DNA of 64,000 nucleotides, taken from positions 1,152,001 to 1,216,000 of the forward strand of contig CAVWCF010000001.1 in NCBI GenBank assembly GCA_963753435.1. The letters run 5' to 3'. Positions 31,031 to 41,093 of this stretch are shown one piece after another (position 1 is the first letter of the stretch; every line of letters starts with the position of its first letter). The translations under genes and the position numbers were made by a program. A model generated the notes under the pieces. The model saw nothing but the letters and a program-made list of their open reading frames with translations. It was not told where the DNA came from and made no database searches. The stretch is from an uncultured Actinomycetota bacterium. GTDB lineage: Bacteria > Actinomycetota > Actinomycetes > CAVWCF01.

Positions 31031-31372
31031 ATGGGCCGGGTGCTGCTGTTCGTCATCCCGATGGTGTTGGCCATCTGGGCGCTGATCGACTGCGCGGTCA
31101 CCCCGAAGCCGAGCGTGCGGAACCTGCCGAAGCTGCTCTGGTTCCTGGTGATCCTGGTCCCGGTGCTGGGACCGGTCGCCTGGGTCGGGTTCGGTCGGCC
31201 CGGTCGCGGTGGTCGCGGCAGCGGCGGCGGTACCGCGGGTCGTGGTCCGGGCAAGCCGTCGTTGCCGCCGGATGACGACCCCGACTTCCTGCGCCGCATC
31301 GACGAGGAGCGCTGGCTGCAGGAGCGGCGCAAGCAACGGGACGGGCGCAACGACCCGTCACCGGAGGCGTAG
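31031..31372 (+). CDS. PLDc N-terminal domain-containing membrane protein
   Basis: IWALIDC..TP...VRNLPKLLW...PVLGPVAW..GRP...PDDDPDFL. Confidence 0.85.
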   Translation: MGRVLLFVIPMVLAIWALIDCAVTPKPSVRNLPKLLWFLVILVPVLGPVAWVGFGRPGRGGRGSGGGTAGRGPGKPSLPPDDDPDFLRRIDEERWLQERRKQRDGRNDPSPEA

Positions 31373-31380
31373 GGCGCTGC

Positions 31381-31396
31381 CTGCCGAGCTCGGCAG
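31381..31396. terminator. Palindrome between convergent genes
   Basis: Perfect 16-bp palindrome CTGCCGAG/CTCGGCAG between stops at 31372 and 31399. Confidence 0.4.
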
Positions 31397-31398
31397 TG

Positions 31399-32927
31399 TC
31401 AGCCGAGCAGCGTGAACGTCAGCGTGGCCGGTAGTCGGTCGGCTTGCTGAACTGCACCGGAATCTCCAGCCGCAGATCCGCCGGCACGTCCCACACCCCG
31501 CCCGTGGTCTGGGTCAGCGGGCCGAGTTGAGCGTCCTTCGTGCACATGGTCACCGTCCCGGCGAAGGACTGATCCGCCGGTCCCGGCGTCACCCCGGGAG
31601 CCTGAACGTCGAGGTCCACTGCGCCCAAGGTCGGCGGCGGCGCGCTCGGGTCGGTGTAGGCGTCGAAGTCATACAGCGTGTTGGCGTCGACGCAGTCCGG
31701 TGTGATGAACAGGTTCTCTTTGGGCAGCACCCGGCCCTTGGAGTCACGGAAGTCGGTGGCGGTCGCCGTCAGCGTCCAACCGGTCTGTTCGCCGCGGTTG
31801 TCCGCCACCTGGATGGTGTTGAGGTCCCCGGTCAGGGTCTTGGCGGTGAACGGCGGGGCCAGCACCCCGAGGTCCACGATCGTCGCCGACGGGTTGATGC
31901 CGGTGATGCGCGCCAACTGGGTCAAGCGGCCAGCAGCAACGTCAAAGGTGATCTGCTGAGTGGTCGCACAGGACCCACTGGTGAACGTGGTCGCAGCGAC
32001 GCACGCGAAGTCGGTGTCTTCGGCCGCCGCGGGCTGGTAGCGCGGCTGAACCGGTGGCGGCATCAACCAGGTGTCGTAGGCGACCACGTCCAGGTCGGCC
32101 AGATCCAGATCGTGCATCCCGGTGCGGCCGTCGGTGGTGACGTAGGTGCCGTCACGGAAGTACTCAGCGGCGTTGCCGAAGTCATCGGCGACGACAACGC
32201 GGGACAGCCACGCCACCCCGTCGGCCCAGTCGCCGGTTACCGGGGTGGCCGCGCGACGACTGCGCGACGGCGCCGACAGCGTCTGCGCGTTGCCGGCGGC
32301 GTCCACCCATTCCATCGACACCGCGGTGAGCATGGACTCATCGGTCGCGGCCCAGGCGACCTGAATGCTCTCCCCACCCGCGTAGTAGCCCGGGCCGGTG
32401 AGAAGCACCGAAGTCAGATCAGGCGGGGTCTCGTCCGCGCCGGTGTCCACAGTCGTGAACCCCACCTCGTCGAATTGCAGGTCGTGCACGCCGTCGCCGG
32501 CCACGGAATCGCGCACGGTGCCATCGCTGCGGTATTCGGAGACGTTGCCCGCCCCGTCGGACAGCACCACGCGACTTAGGGATACCGGTCCGACCGCCCA
32601 GCCGTCATCGATGCGGGCTTTGGCCTGCGAGCCATCCGAGACAGTCTGCGAATGCGACCGGCCGGCGGCGTCCGTCCAGTCCAGGACGACGTACTCGACG
32701 CCGGATGCGTCAGTGGCGTCCCAGGAGAACTCGACGTCGTCACCGGCGGTGAAGGGCCCGGTTGCCGCGACGGACACGTCAAGCAGCGCCGGGGCGGAGT
32801 CATCGGGGCGGGACTGTTGCCAGAAGCCCGACATCAACAAGGCGGGGACGAGAATCAGAACACCCATGCGGGGGGCGAGTAACGAGTCGAGCACTCGGAC
32901 CCCTTCCCCCGTGGGGCGCTCCCCCAT
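31399..32927 (-). CDS. Exported protein with two tandem Ig-like repeats and C-terminal WxL-like domain (frameshift near 31430)
   Basis: GDLNTIQVADNRGEQTGWTLTATATDF nearly identical to the 24959 gene; shifted frame ends TDY-ATLTFTLLG* at 31399. Confidence 0.75.
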
Positions 32928-33031
32928 GAGCGGTGACCGCGAGCCTAGCGAGTTGATCTTGAGGCGGCGCGGTGACCACTACGACTGGGACATCGGCCCG
33001 AACCGGGTCGGCCCTGAGGGGAACGTCAGGC

Positions 33032-33973
33032 TCAGAGCCCGCCGTAGGAGTGCAGCCCGGGGATCCAGATGTTCACCCCGACGAAGTTGAAGACGAACGA
33101 GGCGAACCCGACCAGGGCGATGATCGCCGCCCGCTTGCCCCGCCAACCGGCGGTCGCGCGGGCGTGCAGGTACCCGGCGAAGATCAGCCAGGTGATGAAC
33201 GCCCAGGTCTCCTTGGGGTCCCAGCCCCAGTAGCGGCCCCATGCGGCTTCGGCCCAGATCGCACCGGCGATGACGGCGAACGTCCAGATCGGGAACGCGA
33301 ACGCCAGGGTTCGGTAGGAGATGCGGTCCAGGGTTTCGCTGGCTGGCAGGCGGCGCGCGAAACCGTTGGTGACGCCCGTCCGCTCCCAGCGGCTCTGCAG
33401 CAGGAACAGCGCGCTGGTGACCGCGCCGACGGTGAACAGACCGGCGCACAGCGTGGCCGCCGAAACGTGGATGACCAGCCACCAGGAGTGCAGCGCCGGG
33501 ACCAGGTCGCCGGCTTCGACGTAGAGAACCGTCACCGCCAGCCCCAGGAAAAGCAGCACCGGGCCGACGACGAACAGGCCGGCCCAACGCACATCGCGGC
33601 GGGTGGACCAGAACAGCCACACCCCCATCGCCGCCAACGTGCCGCCGAGGACGAACTCGTACATGTTGCCCAGCGGCATGCGCTCGGTGGCCAGGCCGCG
33701 AGCGACGAAAGCGGCCGCGTGCAGGCCGAAACCGAGCCAGGCCAGGGACAGCCCGATGCGACCGGCGCGGTCGGAGTAGCCAGCCGCGTCGTCGCCAGTG
33801 GTCGAGTCGGTGGCGAGGTCGGCGCCGCCGTCAGCGGTGACCGCAACCGTCTGCTTGGCCGGTGAACGGCCGCCGGCGAACTGCGCGGCGAAGGCGATGA
33901 GGGACAGCAGGTAGATCGTCATCGCGGAGTAGACGAGGCCGTCGCTGAGCGTGGCCAGGCTTTCCGACGTCAC
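33032..33973 (-). CDS. ccsB: Cytochrome c biogenesis protein CcsB/ResC (CcsA family heme lyase)
   Basis: PLGNMYEF, PALHSWWLVIHV, GAIWAEAAWGRYWGWDPKETW (WWD domain), GLHSY. Confidence 0.95.
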   Translation of the reverse strand: MTSESLATLSDGLVYSAMTIYLLSLIAFAAQFAGGRSPAKQTVAVTADGGADLATDSTTGDDAAGYSDRAGRIGLSLAWLGFGLHAAAFVARGLATERMPLGNMYEFVLGGTLAAMGVWLFWSTRRDVRWAGLFVVGPVLLFLGLAVTVLYVEAGDLVPALHSWWLVIHVSAATLCAGLFTVGAVTSALFLLQSRWERTGVTNGFARRLPASETLDRISYRTLAFAFPIWTFAVIAGAIWAEAAWGRYWGWDPKETWAFITWLIFAGYLHARATAGWRGKRAAIIALVGFASFVFNFVGVNIWIPGLHSYGGL

Positions 33974-35514
33974 GTGCTGCTCCTCTCGCCCTGCAGGTGG
34001 GCGGCCAACTCATCCACCTCGGGAAGGTCGGCGCCCTCGGTGCGGGTCAGGCCCGCCACCTCGACAACGGTAGCCCCGTCCGATTCGGTGGCGCGGACCC
34101 AGATGCGACGCCGGCGGATCGAGACGCTGAGCACGAGCCCGATCATCGCCGCCACCACGCCGATCAGCACCCACAACTGACCCGGATCCGACGCGATCTG
34201 GAACGACGCCCACTCGCGCACCTCGACGAACTCGATGCTGCCCAAGCCGTCGGGCAACTCCCACACGTCCCCCGGCGCCAACGAGTTGATGTCGACGCGT
34301 TCGAGGTCCTCGGTGTCGAGGGAGTAGACGTTCTGCGGTTTGCCGGTGTCCAACCCCAGGTCGCCGATCCACGCGGCCAGGAACAGGCGCGGGTCGTCGG
34401 CGGCCGGGTAGGTAGAGATGGGGCCGAGTTCGGGGTCGATGGACGCGGTGGGCAGGAACAGCCCGGTGAACGCGAGCTGCTCCGGGCGCGCATCCGGTGC
34501 CTTGATGACGCCGTCGGAGGTGAAGTCCGCGTCCACAGGCAGGAACGGCACCGGCCCGTCCACAACCACCCGCCCGTCGCCGTCGCGGACCCGGACGACT
34601 GGCGAGTATCCGTGCCCGATCAAGTACATGGAGGCGCCATCAACCCGCAGCGGCTGATTGACCTGCACCGTGACCTCGCGCTGTGGCTCGCCCGGTGCGT
34701 CGCGCACCAGCAGGTCCGCCTCGAACGAACTCGGCTGCCCGTCCTGGGAACCACCGCGGATGTATTCGGCGCGGAAGTCGGTCATGGTGAACGCGAACGG
34801 CGGCAGGTCTTCCTCATCCGCCCACCGCCCGGCGTCGAACTCGTCGTACTGCGGCACGGTGTTGGCGAAGCCTTCGCCTTCGGTGATCAGCGCCCCGCCG
34901 CGGGTGCTGAACAACGCGCCAACCGCAACGCCGACCAGGACCACGATCAGGCTCAGGTGGAACAGCAGGTTGCCGGTCTCCTTGGTGTAGCCCTTCTCCG
35001 CAGAGACCGAGTCGTCGCCGGGTTGGCGGGTCCGGATGCGGAACCCCATGTCGCGCAGTTGCGCCTCGGCGTCGTCGAGCACCAGCTCACTTGGTTGAGC
35101 GGCTTGCAGTTGCCGGTGCTCGGGCAGCCGGGCCAGGTTGCGTGGCGTGGCCGGCGGGGCGGCCCGCATCGCGCGGTAGTGCTGAAGCGCGCGTGGCAGC
35201 ACGCAACCGACGAGGCTGACCATGAGCAGCAGGTAGATGGCGGCGAACCACACCGAACCGAACACGTCGAACAGCCCGAGGGCGTCGTAGACATCGGCCA
35301 GCGTCGGGTTGGCCTGCTCGAACGCACGCACCTGGGCCGGGTCGACCGGGCGTTGCGGCAGGACGCTGCCAGGAATGGACGCCAACGCCAGCAGGAACAA
35401 CAGCACCAGTGCGGTGCGCATCGACGTCAGCTGCCGCCAGGCCCAGCGCAGCAGACCAACCGAACCGATGTCGGGCAGTTGCGGGTCGGTGCGCTCGCGC
35501 AGGTCGGCGCTCAC
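33970..35514 (-). CDS. resB: Cytochrome c biogenesis protein ResB/Ccs1
   Basis: LTSMRTALVLLFLLALASIPGSVLPQR, SLVGCVLPR, GNLLFHLSL, VNQPL, RRRIWVR. Confidence 0.94.
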   Translation of the reverse strand: MSADLRERTDPQLPDIGSVGLLRWAWRQLTSMRTALVLLFLLALASIPGSVLPQRPVDPAQVRAFEQANPTLADVYDALGLFDVFGSVWFAAIYLLLMVSLVGCVLPRALQHYRAMRAAPPATPRNLARLPEHRQLQAAQPSELVLDDAEAQLRDMGFRIRTRQPGDDSVSAEKGYTKETGNLLFHLSLIVVLVGVAVGALFSTRGGALITEGEGFANTVPQYDEFDAGRWADEEDLPPFAFTMTDFRAEYIRGGSQDGQPSSFEADLLVRDAPGEPQREVTVQVNQPLRVDGASMYLIGHGYSPVVRVRDGDGRVVVDGPVPFLPVDADFTSDGVIKAPDARPEQLAFTGLFLPTASIDPELGPISTYPAADDPRLFLAAWIGDLGLDTGKPQNVYSLDTEDLERVDINSLAPGDVWELPDGLGSIEFVEVREWASFQIASDPGQLWVLIGVVAAMIGLVLSVSIRRRRIWVRATESDGATVVEVAGLTRTEGADLPEVDELAAHLQGERSST

Positions 35515-35568
35515 TCGGGCACCGTGGGGGTCGCGACGGATACGGCTGACGTCATGGGCGTTTCCATG

Positions 35569-36333
35569 TCACAGCGCCGGGGTGAAGCCGGAGATCCAAG
35601 TGCGCATCTGCACCGCCAACTCCCCCCACAGCCCGGTCACCAGCAGCACGCCGAGCAGCATGAGCATCCCACCACCGATGCGCATGATCAGTGCGTAGTG
35701 CTGCTTCACCCAGTCGATCGCACCGGCGGCGCGACGCACCCCGACGGCGATCAGGATGAACGGCAGCCCCAACCCCAGGCAGTAGAAGGCGGTCAGCAGC
35801 GCGCCACGGGCGGCGCTGGCCTCGGTCACCGCCAGGGCCTGGACGGATGCCAGCGTGGGGCCGATGCACGGCGTCCACCCCAACCCGAACAGCACGCCCA
35901 GCAGCGGGGCGCCCACCCAGCCGACGACCGGGACCGTGTGCACACGCAGGTCCCGGTTGAAGCCGGGCAGGATGCCGACGAACGCCAGGCCCATCGCGAT
36001 GGTGAGCAGACCGAGGACCACCTCGAGCTGGCGGGAGTACTCCAGCAGCCAGGAGCCGAGCTCGCCGAACAGGGCGCCGTAGGAGACGAAGACGGCGGTG
36101 AACCCGAGGACGAACAGCAACGTGCCGGCGAGCATCCGGCCGCGGCGGGGTTGATCCAGGTCCAGGCCGGTCAACCCGGTGACGTAGGACAAGTAGGCGG
36201 GAACGAGCGGGAGCACGCACGGCGACAGGAACGACACCACGCCGGCGGCCGTGGCGATCGGGATCGCCAACAGCAGCGACCCGGACGTGACCGTGCTGTC
36301 CTCAGTGAGCAGTGCTGCCCAGGCCAGGCTCAC
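35569..36333 (-). CDS. ccdA: Cytochrome c biogenesis protein CcdA
   Basis: SFLSPCVLPLVPAYLSY, FGLGWTPCIGP. Confidence 0.95.
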   Translation of the reverse strand: MSLAWAALLTEDSTVTSGSLLLAIPIATAAGVVSFLSPCVLPLVPAYLSYVTGLTGLDLDQPRRGRMLAGTLLFVLGFTAVFVSYGALFGELGSWLLEYSRQLEVVLGLLTIAMGLAFVGILPGFNRDLRVHTVPVVGWVGAPLLGVLFGLGWTPCIGPTLASVQALAVTEASAARGALLTAFYCLGLGLPFILIAVGVRRAAGAIDWVKQHYALIMRIGGGMLMLLGVLLVTGLWGELAVQMRTWISGFTPAL

Positions 36334-36908
36334 GCCAGGACCTGGTCGAGCAGTTCGCGCAGCCGGACCTCGGTGATGGGTCCGATGACGCGCGCGGCGA
36401 TACCCCCGTCGGCGTCGATGATGAGCGTGGACGGGATCGCCTGCGGCGGCAGCGTGCCGCGGAACTGCAGCAGCAACTCACCGTCAGGATCGATCAGGCT
36501 CGGGTAGGTGACCCCGGTGTTCTCCAGGAACGCGATCGCCGCCGCTTCGTCGTCGCGGGTGTCGATCCCGACGAAGCCGACGTTGCGTTCGGCGTAGTCC
36601 TCGCTGACCCGCTGCAGCCCCGGCATCTCCGCGCGGCACGGGGCGCACCAACTCGCCCACACGTTCAGCACCACCGTGCTGCCCCGCTGCTCGGCCAAGG
36701 AGTAGGTGCCGCCGTCCAGCGTGGGACCGGAAATGTCCGGCGCGGGCTCGCGCTCCCCCTCGGGAACCAAGGTGGTCGTGCCGGCCCCCTCGACGAACCC
36801 GGTGTCGCCGCCGACGACCTCACCGGCGCCGGAGGACCCGCACGCGGTCAACGCCAGCGCGGCTGCGCCCAGGAGCGCCGCGATTCGCAGTCGTCGATAG
36901 GAGGCCAT
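36330..36908 (-). CDS. TlpA/ResA-like thiol-disulfide oxidoreductase lipoprotein
   Basis: Lipobox LTAC; [17 protein letters not shown]; start ATG 36908. Confidence 0.9.
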   Translation of the reverse strand: MASYRRLRIAALLGAAALALTACGSSGAGEVVGGDTGFVEGAGTTTLVPEGEREPAPDISGPTLDGGTYSLAEQRGSTVVLNVWASWCAPCRAEMPGLQRVSEDYAERNVGFVGIDTRDDEAAAIAFLENTGVTYPSLIDPDGELLLQFRGTLPPQAIPSTLIIDADGGIAARVIGPITEVRLRELLDQVLA

Positions 36909-37057
36909 GGTGAGGATCAGACGGTACGCGGGCGGCTGAGGTTGCCCGGACTCCGGGCGCCGGGAACGGGCGAACCGATTGCGGCGCGAACTCCCAAGGG
37001 ATGGAATGGGCGGACCGGCCGGACCCGGCTGGTTCACCGCCACTGCGGAGGCGCCCG

Positions 37058-37885
37058 ATGCGCGCAGCACTCGTACAGACCGACTGGACCGGCGACAAAG
37101 AGTCGATGATCACCGCCCACGAGGGCTACGCCCGCGACGCGGCCGCGGCCGGGGCGCAGATCGTGTGCTTTCAGGAGTTGTTCTACGGCCCGTACTTCTG
37201 TCAGGTGCAGGACGCGGCGTTCTACGAGTACGCCGAGACGGTCCCCGGGCCGACCATCGAGCGGTTCCAGGCACTGGCCGCCGAACTGAACATGGTCATG
37301 GTCCTGCCGGTGTACGAGGAGGAGCAGCCCGGCTTTCTCTACAACACCGCAGCGGTCGTCGACGCCGACGGCAAGTACCTGGGCAAGTACCGCAAGCACC
37401 ACATCCCGCACGTGAAGGGCTTCTGGGAGAAGTTCTACTTCCGCCCCGGCAACCTGGGCTTCCCCGTCTTCGACACCGCGGTCGGCCGCGTCGGCGTCTA
37501 CATCTGCTACGACCGGCACTTCCCCGAAGGCTGGCGAGCGCTCGGCCTCAACGGCGCGCAGATCGTGTTCAACCCCAGCGCCACCTCGCGCGGGCTGTCC
37601 AGCTACCTGTGGAAGCTCGAACAGCCGGCGGCGGCCGTCGCCAACGAGTACTTCATCGGCGCGATCAACCGCGTCGGCATCGAGGACCTAGGTGACGACG
37701 ACTTCTACGGGACGAGTTACTTCGTGGACCCCGAAGGCAACTTCGTCGGCGACGTCGGTGACCCGAGCAAACCGGAACTGATCGTGCGCGACCTGGACAT
37801 GGACCTGCTGCACGAGGTGCGCAACCGTTGGGCGTTCTACCGGGACCGTCGGCCGGACGCCTACGACGACCTGGTTCAACCATGA
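37058..37885 (+). CDS. Nitrilase-family hydrolase, probable beta-ureidopropionase
   Basis: CFQELF, YRKHHIP, FWEKFYF.PG, ICYDRHFPE (E-K-C triad); adjacent to hydA. Confidence 0.88.
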   Translation: MRAALVQTDWTGDKESMITAHEGYARDAAAAGAQIVCFQELFYGPYFCQVQDAAFYEYAETVPGPTIERFQALAAELNMVMVLPVYEEEQPGFLYNTAAVVDADGKYLGKYRKHHIPHVKGFWEKFYFRPGNLGFPVFDTAVGRVGVYICYDRHFPEGWRALGLNGAQIVFNPSATSRGLSSYLWKLEQPAAAVANEYFIGAINRVGIEDLGDDDFYGTSYFVDPEGNFVGDVGDPSKPELIVRDLDMDLLHEVRNRWAFYRDRRPDAYDDLVQP

Positions 37886-37918
37886 GCAGTTCAACCATGA
37901 GCAGTTCAGCCGTGAGGA
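37874..37918 (+). repeat. 15-bp tandem repeat x3 across the stop codon
   Basis: GTTCAACCATGAGCA, GTTCAACCATGAGCA, GTTCAGCCGTGAGGA. Confidence 0.8.
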
Positions 37919-37928
37919 CGGTTCGGCC

Positions 37929-39344
37929 ATGACCACACTCATTCGCGGCGGAACGGTCATCGGACCCGTCAGCGCCCAACTGCTGGACGTACTCATCGAC
38001 GGCGAACGGATCGTCGCCCTGCTGACCCCCGGCGACCACTCCCTCGGCGTCGACGTCGCCGCGTCCGCGGACACGGTCATCGATGCGACCGGCAAGTACG
38101 TCGTCCCCGGCGGCGTGGACGGCCACACCCACATGGAATTGCCGTTCGGCGGCACGTTCGCCTCGGACACGTTCGAAACCGGCACCCGGGCCGCCGCGCA
38201 CGGCGGCACCACCACCATCGTCGACTTCGCGGTGCAGCGCACCGGCGAACGGGTTCAGGACGGTCTGGCCGCCTGGCACGACAAGGCCGCCGGGCAATGC
38301 GCCATCGACTACGGCTTCCACCAGATCGTCGGCGGGGTGGACGACGAGTCGCTGAAGGCGATGGACGAACTCGTTGACGAAGGCGTCACCAGCTTCAAGC
38401 TGTTCATGGCCTACCCGGGCGTCTTCTACTCCGACGACGGCCAGGTGCTGCGCGCCATGCAGACCGCGGCCAACAACGGCTCACTCATCATGATGCACGC
38501 CGAGAACGGCATCGCGATCGACGTCCTCGTGGCCCAAGCCCTGGCCCGCGGCGACACCGCCCCGAAGTACCACGGCCTGACCCGACCCTGGGAGACCGAG
38601 GAGGAGGCGTCGCACCGCGCGATCATGTTGGCGCGCATCGCCGGGGCGCCGCTGTACATCGTGCACATGTCCGCCAAGCAGGCTGTTGAAGCGGTCGCGG
38701 TCGCGCGCGGTGAGGGCTGGAACGTCTTCGGCGAGACCTGCCCGCAGTACCTGTACCTGTCGCTGGAGGAACACCTGTCCAAGCCAGGATTTGAGGGCGC
38801 CGGGTATGTCTGCTCCACGCCGCTGCGATCCATGGCGGAGGGCCACCAGGAGGAACTGTGGCGCTACCTGCGCACCGGTGACCTGTCCGTCGTGAGCACC
38901 GACCACTGCCCGTTCTGCATGAAGGAGCAGAAGGAACTCGGGCTGAACGACTTCTCCAAGATCCCCAACGGCATCGGCGGCGTCGAGCACCGCATGGACC
39001 TGCTGTACCAAGGCGTCGTCGACGGGCGCATCTCGTTGAGCCGGTGGGTGGAGTTGTGCTGCACAACGCCGGCCCGGATGTTCGGGCTGCACCCGCGCAA
39101 GGGCGAGATCGTTCCGGGCGCGGACGCCGACGTGGTGATCTACGACCCGACCGCGCGCACCCGCATCTCCGTGGACACGCACCACATGAACATGGACTAC
39201 TCCGCGTACGAGGGCATCGAGATCGCCGGTGGCGTGGACACCGTGCTGTCCCGAGGTTCAGTGGTAATCGACTCCGGCGAGTACGTCGGGCGCAAGGGGC
39301 ATGGGCAGTTCCTCAAGCGCGGTCTGTCGCAGAACCTGATCTGA
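37929..39344 (+). CDS. hydA: Dihydropyrimidinase
   Basis: PGGVDGHTH, GGTTT, SFKLFMAY, HAENG, ETCPQYL, STDHCPF, IPNG. Confidence 0.93.
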   Translation: MTTLIRGGTVIGPVSAQLLDVLIDGERIVALLTPGDHSLGVDVAASADTVIDATGKYVVPGGVDGHTHMELPFGGTFASDTFETGTRAAAHGGTTTIVDFAVQRTGERVQDGLAAWHDKAAGQCAIDYGFHQIVGGVDDESLKAMDELVDEGVTSFKLFMAYPGVFYSDDGQVLRAMQTAANNGSLIMMHAENGIAIDVLVAQALARGDTAPKYHGLTRPWETEEEASHRAIMLARIAGAPLYIVHMSAKQAVEAVAVARGEGWNVFGETCPQYLYLSLEEHLSKPGFEGAGYVCSTPLRSMAEGHQEELWRYLRTGDLSVVSTDHCPFCMKEQKELGLNDFSKIPNGIGGVEHRMDLLYQGVVDGRISLSRWVELCCTTPARMFGLHPRKGEIVPGADADVVIYDPTARTRISVDTHHMNMDYSAYEGIEIAGGVDTVLSRGSVVIDSGEYVGRKGHGQFLKRGLSQNLI

Positions 39345-39354
39345 GGGAGCGACC

Positions 39355-40374
39355 ATGGATTTCGGTGTCGTCTTGCAGTGCAACCCGCCGGCTTGGCGCG
39401 TCGTCGACCTGGCGAAGAAGTCGGAGTTGGCGGGGTTCCGCTACGTGTGGACGTTCGACTCGCACCTGCTGTGGCAGGAGCCGTACGTCATCTACAGCCA
39501 GATACTCGCGGCCACGCATCGGGTGACCGTCGGGCCGATGGTGACCAACCCGGCCACGCGCGACTGGACGGTGACCGCATCCACGTTCGCGACGCTCAAC
39601 GAGATGTTCGGCAACCGCACGGTGTGCGGGATCGGCCGTGGCGACTCGGCGGTGCGCGTCACCAATGGCAAGCCGGTGCGGTTGGCGGAACTGCGTGAGT
39701 CCATCGGCGTGATCAGCGACCTGGCCAACGGGCGGCCCACTGAATACAAGGGCAGCACGCTGCAGTTCCCGTGGAGTTCCGACAGCCGTCTGGAGATGTG
39801 GGTGGCCGCGTACGGGCCGAAGGCGTTGGCGTTGGCCGGCGAAGTCGGTGACGGGTTCATCCTGCAGTTGGCCGACCTGTCCATCGCGGAGTGGAGCATC
39901 AACGCGGTCCGCGAAGCTGCTGCCGCCGCCGGGCGCGACCCGGACTCGGTGACGATCTGCGTGGCTGCACCGGCGTATGTGGGCGAGGACCTGGCGCACC
40001 AACGCGACCAGTGCCGCTGGTTCGGCGGGATGGTCGGCAACCACGTGGCCGACATCGTCGCCCGCTACGGCGCCGATGGCGCCAACATCCCGCAGGCGTT
40101 GACCGACTACATCGCCGGCCGATCCGGCTACGACTACAACGAGCACGGACAGGTGGGCAACACGCACGCCGACTTCGTGCCCGACGACATCGTGGACCGC
40201 TTCTGTTTGCTCGGCCCGCCCGAAGCGCACATCGACAAGCTCATCGCGCTCAAGGAACTCGGCGTGGACCAGTTCGCCGTCTACCTGCAGCACGACGCGC
40301 AGGAGGCGACGCTGGCCGCGTACGCCGAGCACGTCATCCCGGCACTGACCGAACACGCCCGCGCCAAGTCCTAA
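39355..40374 (+). CDS. LLM class F420-dependent oxidoreductase (TIGR03842-like)
   Basis: MDFGVVLQ, WTFDSHLLWQEP, VTNPATRD, GIGRGDSA, YDYNEHG. Confidence 0.85.
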   Translation: MDFGVVLQCNPPAWRVVDLAKKSELAGFRYVWTFDSHLLWQEPYVIYSQILAATHRVTVGPMVTNPATRDWTVTASTFATLNEMFGNRTVCGIGRGDSAVRVTNGKPVRLAELRESIGVISDLANGRPTEYKGSTLQFPWSSDSRLEMWVAAYGPKALALAGEVGDGFILQLADLSIAEWSINAVREAAAAAGRDPDSVTICVAAPAYVGEDLAHQRDQCRWFGGMVGNHVADIVARYGADGANIPQALTDYIAGRSGYDYNEHGQVGNTHADFVPDDIVDRFCLLGPPEAHIDKLIALKELGVDQFAVYLQHDAQEATLAAYAEHVIPALTEHARAKS

Positions 40375-40436
40375 GCAGGGGCGGCGCTGAGCGGCCTGGT
40401 TCCGGCCAAGCGCTATGAGAGCGGCTCTGTGCGGGG

Positions 40437-41081
40437 TTAGGCGCCGGGCGGGCCGGCGTGCTCGGGCAGCAGGTGCTTGCACGGCTCGGAGTAGCCGACG
40501 CTGACCAGCCGGTCACCGTCGTACTCCAACGTCGTCACGCTGGCCAACGAACACTGCCGCCGCCGCGGGTCGTGGTACAGGTGCCGACCCTCAAGCAGGT
40601 TGCGCACCGCCCAGATGGGCGACTGGTGGCTGACCAGCACCGCCTCGCGCCCCGCCGCGGCCCACCGCGCATCGCCAACGGCCGCCAGCACCCGTCGGGC
40701 CTGCGCCACGTACGGCTCACCCCACGACGGCCGGAACGGGTTCACCAACTGCGCCCAGTGCTTCGGCTGCTTCAACGAGCCGTCACCGACGCCGAACGTC
40801 ATGCCCTCGAAGTAGTTCTCCGCCTCGATCAAGCGGGCATCGCGACCGACGGCCAACCCCAGAGCGGCCGCGATCGGTGCGGCTGTCTGCTGCGCCCGGT
40901 CCAGCGGCGAGGCGATGACGGTGGCGATGTCCGCGCCGGCGAAGTGCGCGGCCAGACACTCGGCCATCTGTTCGCCGCGCTCGGACAACACGTACCCGGG
41001 CAGGCGGCCGTAGAGGATGCCTTCGGGGTTGTGCACCTCACCGTGGCGGACCAGGTGGACCTGAGTGTGCGCGTCGCTCAT
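40437..41081 (-). CDS. Histidine phosphatase family protein
   Basis: LVRHGEVHNP, SPLDRAQQTA, VSHQ; usual position between hemL and resA. Confidence 0.9.
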   Translation of the reverse strand: MSDAHTQVHLVRHGEVHNPEGILYGRLPGYVLSERGEQMAECLAAHFAGADIATVIASPLDRAQQTAAPIAAALGLAVGRDARLIEAENYFEGMTFGVGDGSLKQPKHWAQLVNPFRPSWGEPYVAQARRVLAAVGDARWAAAGREAVLVSHQSPIWAVRNLLEGRHLYHDPRRRQCSLASVTTLEYDGDRLVSVGYSEPCKHLLPEHAGPPGA

Positions 41082-41093
41082 TGGCTCATCCTG

